This document shows positions 58,422 through 64,000 of a stretch of DNA of 64,000 nucleotides, in pieces (within the stretch, counting starts at the first letter, position 1; each line of letters starts with the position of its first letter). The notes under the pieces are model-generated. The model was not told the DNA's origin. It ran no database searches and saw nothing but the letters and a program-made list of their open reading frames with translations. The stretch is taken from assembly GCA_052279835.1 (NCBI GenBank), contig CP181291.1:4320001-4384000 (forward strand), given 5' to 3'. The translations under genes and the position numbers were made by a program. Source of the DNA: Microcoleus sp. GTDB lineage: Bacteria > Cyanobacteriota > Cyanobacteriia > Cyanobacteriales > Microcoleaceae.

Positions 58422-59288
58422 TTATTTTTGGAAACGAGTCAACAGCCTTTTGACAGTCGCGATGGGGTGTCTGACTCTCCAGACTTGAAAGTTATCTAAG
58501 ATAGGATCAGTGCCTGGTAGCTTGACCCAATCATCGCAGAGAATACCTTCAACCGGGTTGGGCACTCCTGGGCGACACCACGCTGTCGCAACTACTACTA
58601 CTTTCTGTGGGTGCGGGTTCAACCAAGCACCCCACCAGGAAAAAGTAGAATTAGTAATCACATTAGCTCGACATAAAGTCATTAAATAAAGCTGCTGAGG
58701 AGCATTCAGGTTATCTACAAAGATCAATTCATGCTCTTTAATGTCACGCAAAAATTCTCTGGCTAAATCGGGACGATCGGAAAACACAAGAATTGAACCT
58801 TTGGGTTCGATCGCACTTAAGGAATTCTTGTAAAAAGAAAGCGGGTAAAGCGGGAAATATTCTCTGGTATTGCCGTAGTCGGTATCGAGGCGCAGCGAAA
58901 AGCTGACACAATCCTTTTGCAAAATGTCGCCATAGAGCTTTTTTACCTCAGTGACAATCTCGTTCTTGAAAGTGTACCACTCACGTACAAGTTGCTTATC
59001 TGAGTAATATTTTTCAGATTGAAAGAAACCTTGCATTTCAGTGTGGTCTCCGATGGAAAGCGCTGCCGGTGTAAAGCCAGCTTCAGGATGGGGGTCGAAA
59101 AAATGAACAATCCCGGTCGGTGCGCTAGCACGCTCACCTTCATCCTTCAGGTTGAAGATATCATCACCATCCCACTTAGGGCAAAAAAATTGAGTTCCCA
59201 GACGTCGTGCTGTTGTTCTCAGGAATGCGTATTGAAATAATTGATTGCCCAGTCTTCCGTAGTTTCCTAACTTAGAGAAAGAAATCAT
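58422..59288 (-). CDS. Alpha-1,2-fucosyltransferase-like glycosyltransferase (GT11)
   Basis: GRLGNQLFQYA, GFFQSEKY, VFSD, NSTFSWWGAWLN. Confidence 0.85.
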   Translation of the reverse strand: MISFSKLGNYGRLGNQLFQYAFLRTTARRLGTQFFCPKWDGDDIFNLKDEGERASAPTGIVHFFDPHPEAGFTPAALSIGDHTEMQGFFQSEKYYSDKQLVREWYTFKNEIVTEVKKLYGDILQKDCVSFSLRLDTDYGNTREYFPLYPLSFYKNSLSAIEPKGSILVFSDRPDLAREFLRDIKEHELIFVDNLNAPQQLYLMTLCRANVITNSTFSWWGAWLNPHPQKVVVVATAWCRPGVPNPVEGILCDDWVKLPGTDPILDNFQVWRVRHPIATVKRLLTRFQK

Positions 59289-59447
59289 GAGATATTACCT
59301 ATGGTTTAAGACAGCTTCCAGCAGGCGTACACTTTAATATTGTATAGCAAATCGCCTTCATATTCTGAGCGATCGCTATACAATATTAGCTGCAAAATAA
59401 AGAGTGTTTTGTATTAGTTGTAACTAATTTATGGGCTTAATTAAATC

Positions 59448-62400
59448 TCAAATTAACCCAAAATTAACTGCACTGATACTGCTAGCAGAAACTCCACTGA
59501 GAGTCGCTAAAATTTCCCCAGTTTGCGCAATGCGGATGAAAGTTGCACCGCTATCTTGGACTATAGCCAATTGCGAAAAACTCAGCCCGCTACCCAATAC
59601 TAACAAGTCTTTACCAACTTCAAAGTCATCGATGGTATCAATACCTGAATTGGTAGAAAGCAAGAATTTATCATTACCAGCACCTCCGGTCAAAGTATCA
59701 CTTCCCAAGCCGCCAGTCAACAAATCATCACCCTTACCACCTAGCAGAATATCATTGCCATCGCCACCATTCAAAATGTCCGTACCGCGATTGCCAAACA
59801 AGGCATCATCACCGCTATTTCCGAGCAAAGTATCGCTACCTTTACCGCCGAAAATACTGTCATTCCCAGCGCCGCCGTCTAGGGAATCATTGCCCCTCAT
59901 ACCCATCAACACATTATTGGCGCTGTCGCCAGTCAGGATATCATCGCCATTTGTACCGTTAATGGCATTCTGGGAATTGCTGCCCAAATCAGCATCGCCA
60001 GTGATAATAGGAGTGGCAATTCCCACAGGCAATATCACTGCTTGAATTCGGCTATCTAAAGCAGCACCAGTATTGTCAGCAACTACCTGGGCAATTGTCT
60101 TAGTTCCCGCACCAATCGCTTTGAAATCTTGAGTTGTGGGACCCAAGGCTACTTGTTGGACGCGGGCAACTGATTCAGGAATTGATGTTGCTGTTGGGTT
60201 AGAAACAGCGATATCAATGCGTTGATTGGCCGTCGCCATTACTGTCGCAGCTTGGGAGGTAATTGGGGTGATTTTTTGACTGTTGAAACTGGGGTCAATT
60301 TGCTGGATTTTCGCGGCTGCTTGCTGAACGATCGCTTCTAAAGCGGCTGCGTTGCTGAGGTTTAAGACTGTACCTGATTGAATTCGCTCGGTAATTGAAC
60401 TGACAACAGTTTTGACAATATTAGTATTGGCTGCACTGGAAGCGCCGTCAATTAAAGCGGCAGTTTGAGTGATGAAGTTTTGGACTTTCACCATTGCTGC
60501 TAAGACTTGAACTCCCCCTGGCTGGTTGTTGTTAGTGGCTTCTATGGGATCTAAGCTAGTCAGGTCAACTTCAGCGGGGAGTCCGAGGGCGGCTTTGACT
60601 AAAGATTGGGCTGCTTCTGGTGCAATTCCTTTGTCGATTAAGTCAGCAACTAAGCTGGTGAGGAGGGTGACAACTGTGGAATCTGGCGGTGCGGTGACTG
60701 GTGTTTCTAGGGGTAATCCGGTGGCGGTGTCAGTGCCTCCAGTAGCGACTAAATGGCCTTCTTCTGGATCGATTTCTCCGTTTTTGTTGGTATCGAAAAT
60801 CTCGAAGGGAATATCAAGATTAAAACTACCGTCGCTGTTAGTTATAGTTGAGGGTTCGTTGGTATCTTTGATGCCGTTTTTGTTGGCATCTAGGAAGACA
60901 GTAGCCCCGGAGATGTAGCCGTCAATGATAAAGCCGCCAAGAGAGTCACTTTTGAACTTAACGAACTCGCTAACACTCGCGCCAGATTTATCAGTTCCCG
61001 TCACTTTCAACCAATATTTGAAAGATGTTGGGCGATCGGGACTTAAATTAATAGTGCGAGTTGCTGGATTAAAAGTTAGCCAGGAAGGCAAAGGAATTTC
61101 CGGGAAACTTAAGCCTGCAATTGGTTTGCGATAGTAACCGCCTTTGAGATCGCTTTCTGACGTATATGCAGAGGGACTCAAGCTACTAACATCTGCTATG
61201 GCGATCGAATAATTAATGCTGTCGCCCGGATCGGGGTCAGTATTGGTATCGGCAGCTAAGGTAAAAGTATTGCCAGTTTGAGAGAAACTCAGTGCTGCAC
61301 TTTGCGAAAACACAGAACGATTTACAACTGGCGGGCGGTTGGCGACTGTGGTAAAACTCCCTTCTGTGGCAAACTCTGAACCAGCCCAAGCAGTGTCGAT
61401 CGCCTGTACGCTCCAGTAATATATCTTATCTGGAGACAAGTCTTTGAGTTGCCACTGGGTGTTTTGACTAACATTCCCCAACCCCACCAGTTGACGAGTT
61501 CCATCGGCAAGATACGACATCGGGGAAAGAATATCTTGACCTCCTGGTGTCGTGCCGACTCGCAGGTTGTAGCTTAAACCATCAGCACGAGTTTCAGCAT
61601 CATTTGCTTTATTCCACTTAAGAGTCACATTTCGGCCAGAAGGTAAATCTGATAGCCCTGTGGGTGCTGTGGGGGGAGTGTTGGCGATCGCAGTGTTGTT
61701 GCGAAAGACTTTGGTAAAGAAGTCGTTTTCGTTATAAGACCCGGAGAAGTCTGTTGGTGAAGCACCTGTGAGTAGGATATCCAATCTGCCATCCTTGTCG
61801 TAGTCTCCCCAAGCAGTCTGAGAAAAGCCATTCTGCTTTTGCTCTGCGCCACTGTCGATTAGCGCGCCACTGTCGATAAAGCTGTTTGGGCCAGTAAAGC
61901 TGTCTAGGTTGGAAAAATTACCTTTGTTTTGATAGACTTTGGCAACGATTTTTGCTGAACTTTCGCCATTTTGTTGATCGACACCAGTGCCTAGGATATC
62001 CAGAAGCCCGTCATTGTCGTAATCTCCCCAAGCAGGGCGACCTAAATAAGGTATCTGTGCGCCGATGTCTTTAAAGCTAGCAGACTTATTTTCACGGGTT
62101 TTGTTGCCATAGACTCTGGTAAAGGACGGCTGGAAAAAATTATCGCTACCTGTGAGCAAAATATCCAGTTGACCGTCGTTGTCATAGTCTCCCCATGCCA
62201 TATCACGAGCCTCACCGTCGGAACCAGGGAATTCTACACGAGTGTCTTCAAAAACACCATCGCCCAAGTTGCGGTAAAGTTTGGCAATGTACCTTGAATT
62301 AGTGTCTTTGGAGTCCTTTACCTGGACCAGGATATCGAGTTTGCCATCGTTATCGTAATCTGCCCAAACTCCAGCCTTGGTAGCGCCAGCTATTGTGTCA

Positions 62401-64000
62401 TCAGAAAATAGCTGTCCGGGAATTACTAAATCGGGACGTTCTTGTGTTTTGAGACGTGCTTTGCTGTCTTCAAAGCGGTTTTGACCGATATCACCTGTGT
62501 TGCGATAGAGCGTGGTGTTGAACGAGTTCTGAGGGCCTACACGTCTTTTATTAACGAAGAGATCGGGACGCCCGTCATTGTTGTAATCTGCCCAACTTGA
62601 TCGATAAATATCGTAGGAGATATCGTAGTCAGGTAGACGTGTCTCAAAGGTAAAGTTCCCATCAATTTCTTTGAGATCGTTGCGGTAGATTTCATAACTA
62701 CTAATGTTGTTGCTATCGGTGTTGCTCAGGGCAGCATCCAGCCACCCATCATTGTTGTAATCTGCCCAGGCTGAACCATAACCATCTCTTCGATACAATT
62801 CGCTAAAGCCATATTCGCTCAACTTTTGGCCGTTGTTGTCGTAGGTTCCGGTGTTGTCGTAGATGTACCTGTTTCCGAGGATATCTAGTTTGCCGTCATT
62901 GTTGTAGTCTCCCCAGATAGCTGAATCCAAACGAGATATCGGAACGTTCGTGTCGGTGAACAGTGAGTCAGCATCAAAAATTTGCAAGGTGGCAGAGCCT
63001 TGAGTGCCAATATTGGCTTGATCGCGCTCGGTGATCCGAAACTCGATTTTTTCTGTTCTCTCAGCTTGACGATCCGACAAGATATCAATTGTGAAAGGTA
63101 TGGTAGTTTGGCCTGAGTTAAAGGTGATTTCACGAGAGAAATTGGGGGGAAAAAAGTTCCAATCTGTTCCCTCAGTCGCTGAACCAGTAGGAGGTTCTAT
63201 GTACACCTTGGAAATTTTGTTGAGCTGGTTTAGATCTCCACTACGATTCAGAGTAATTTCTGCCTGAACGACTCCTGTGTTACTTTCATTGACTTTGTAA
63301 GTAGCTTTGGAAAAACTTACCGTGGGATCGTCAGGACCACTCATAATCTGATTTACCTCGCCGAAAGGACCGCCAGCAATCCGAGCGTTAGAGTTCGGTA
63401 TTGCGATCCTGAATCCGTTTGGACTGCTTGTTCCTGTAGTAACTGGTGTCGGTGTCGGTGTCGGCGAATCTGAATCGGGCGGTAGGGGTGGTCCTCCGGG
63501 TGTTGGTGTCGGAGTGACTGATGTTGTCGGAGTCGGAGTGACTGATGTTGTCGGTGTTGGTGTCGGAGTGACTGATGTTGTCGGTGTCGGCGTCGGAGTC
63601 GGAGTGACTGATGTCGTCGGTGTCGGAGTCGGCGTGACTGATGTCGTCGGTGTCGGAGTGACTGATGTTGTCGGTGTCGGAGTCGGCGTGACTGATGTCG
63701 TCGGTGTCGGAGTCGGCGTCGGTGTCGGTGTGGGAGTTGGTGTTGGAGTCGGCGCTACATCGTTATCTGCGATCGCCACTGTCACCGCAGGAACCACCAC
63801 CACATTATACTTAGTATCAGTGCTACTTACACTGTGAGTAATAGTGCCACTGTGCGGCCCATCCACGCCCGTATTATCAAAAGCTTTCACCGTAACAGTT
63901 TGAGATACATTCCAATTATTCGGAGTGAAAGTGATCGGGGCGATCGGCTGAAGCTGATTATCTGTTGTGAGATTGATAGTTACAGGGGCGATCGGCTGCG
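59448..64000 (-). CDS. Large secreted surface protein (start outside the window): PT-rich linker, Calx-beta, FG-GAP/VCBS repeats, FnIII, Ig-like and RTX Ca-binding repeats
   Basis: [11 protein letters not shown] repeats, GGxGxDxL nonapeptides, TPTPT tract; frame is open to the window edge. Confidence 0.88.
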   Translation of the reverse strand, partial: QPIAPVTINLTTDNQLQPIAPITFTPNNWNVSQTVTVKAFDNTGVDGPHSGTITHSVSSTDTKYNVVVVPAVTVAIADNDVAPTPTPTPTPTPTPTPTPTTSVTPTPTPTTSVTPTPTTSVTPTPTPTTSVTPTPTPTPTTSVTPTPTPTTSVTPTPTTSVTPTPTPGGPPLPPDSDSPTPTPTPVTTGTSSPNGFRIAIPNSNARIAGGPFGEVNQIMSGPDDPTVSFSKATYKVNESNTGVVQAEITLNRSGDLNQLNKISKVYIEPPTGSATEGTDWNFFPPNFSREITFNSGQTTIPFTIDILSDRQAERTEKIEFRITERDQANIGTQGSATLQIFDADSLFTDTNVPISRLDSAIWGDYNNDGKLDILGNRYIYDNTGTYDNNGQKLSEYGFSELYRRDGYGSAWADYNNDGWLDAALSNTDSNNISSYEIYRNDLKEIDGNFTFETRLPDYDISYDIYRSSWADYNNDGRPDLFVNKRRVGPQNSFNTTLYRNTGDIGQNRFEDSKARLKTQERPDLVIPGQLFSDDTIAGATKAGVWADYDNDGKLDILVQVKDSKDTNSRYIAKLYRNLGDGVFEDTRVEFPGSDGEARDMAWGDYDNDGQLDILLTGSDNFFQPSFTRVYGNKTRENKSASFKDIGAQIPYLGRPAWGDYDNDGLLDILGTGVDQQNGESSAKIVAKVYQNKGNFSNLDSFTGPNSFIDSGALIDSGAEQKQNGFSQTAWGDYDKDGRLDILLTGASPTDFSGSYNENDFFTKVFRNNTAIANTPPTAPTGLSDLPSGRNVTLKWNKANDAETRADGLSYNLRVGTTPGGQDILSPMSYLADGTRQLVGLGNVSQNTQWQLKDLSPDKIYYWSVQAIDTAWAGSEFATEGSFTTVANRPPVVNRSVFSQSAALSFSQTGNTFTLAADTNTDPDPGDSINYSIAIADVSSLSPSAYTSESDLKGGYYRKPIAGLSFPEIPLPSWLTFNPATRTINLSPDRPTSFKYWLKVTGTDKSGASVSEFVKFKSDSLGGFIIDGYISGATVFLDANKNGIKDTNEPSTITNSDGSFNLDIPFEIFDTNKNGEIDPEEGHLVATGGTDTATGLPLETPVTAPPDSTVVTLLTSLVADLIDKGIAPEAAQSLVKAALGLPAEVDLTSLDPIEATNNNQPGGVQVLAAMVKVQNFITQTAALIDGASSAANTNIVKTVVSSITERIQSGTVLNLSNAAALEAIVQQAAAKIQQIDPSFNSQKITPITSQAATVMATANQRIDIAVSNPTATSIPESVARVQQVALGPTTQDFKAIGAGTKTIAQVVADNTGAALDSRIQAVILPVGIATPIITGDADLGSNSQNAINGTNGDDILTGDSANNVLMGMRGNDSLDGGAGNDSIFGGKGSDTLLGNSGDDALFGNRGTDILNGGDGNDILLGGKGDDLLTGGLGSDTLTGGAGNDKFLLSTNSGIDTIDDFEVGKDLLVLGSGLSFSQLAIVQDSGATFIRIAQTGEILATLSGVSASSISAVNFGLI
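63498..63755. repeat. Coding minisatellite (Pro-Thr / TTSVTP repeats)
   Basis: Tandem GTCGGAGTGACTGATGTT-type units. Confidence 0.9.

Noticed and set aside
59431..61134. Plus-strand ORFs opposite the RTX protein
   Set aside because: Antisense shadows of repetitive coding sequence.

Overview
Chromosomal window from a filamentous cyanobacterium, probably Oscillatoriales or Microcoleus-like. The evidence is the dense HIP1 GCGATCGC sites, heptamer STRRs, split rpoC1/rpoC2, ccmP, hli and ntrC. The core scaffold is hisD, rpsT-tatD-rpoB-rpoC1-rpoC2, a DivK-like regulator, a gyrA/parC paralog, sigA, ntrC and an M16 peptidase pair. Accessory content includes two CRISPR arrays of different repeat types with no cas genes in the window, two tnpB elements, two decayed AAA-ATPase/DUF4276 modules, several MITE/REP-like families, two SdrD-B repeat proteins and a large RTX/FG-GAP surface protein. 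Five observations stand out. (1) The type III-like array and its leader lie between two direct copies of the rpoC2 3' end plus terminator, with junctions at HIP1 cores, like an integrated CRISPR-only cassette. (2) The last repeat of the type I-B-like array is split by two MITE insertions with 3-bp TNA target duplications. (3) There are kilobase-scale C/A versus G/T strand-skew domains that often flip at inverted short-repeat pairs. (4) A truncated tnpB element supplies the stop codon of an hli gene. (5) Three +1 frameshifts, one in essential sigA, share the context GAAACYC and are probably systematic sequencing errors. All calls come from reading the sequence and recalling protein families; no searches were run.
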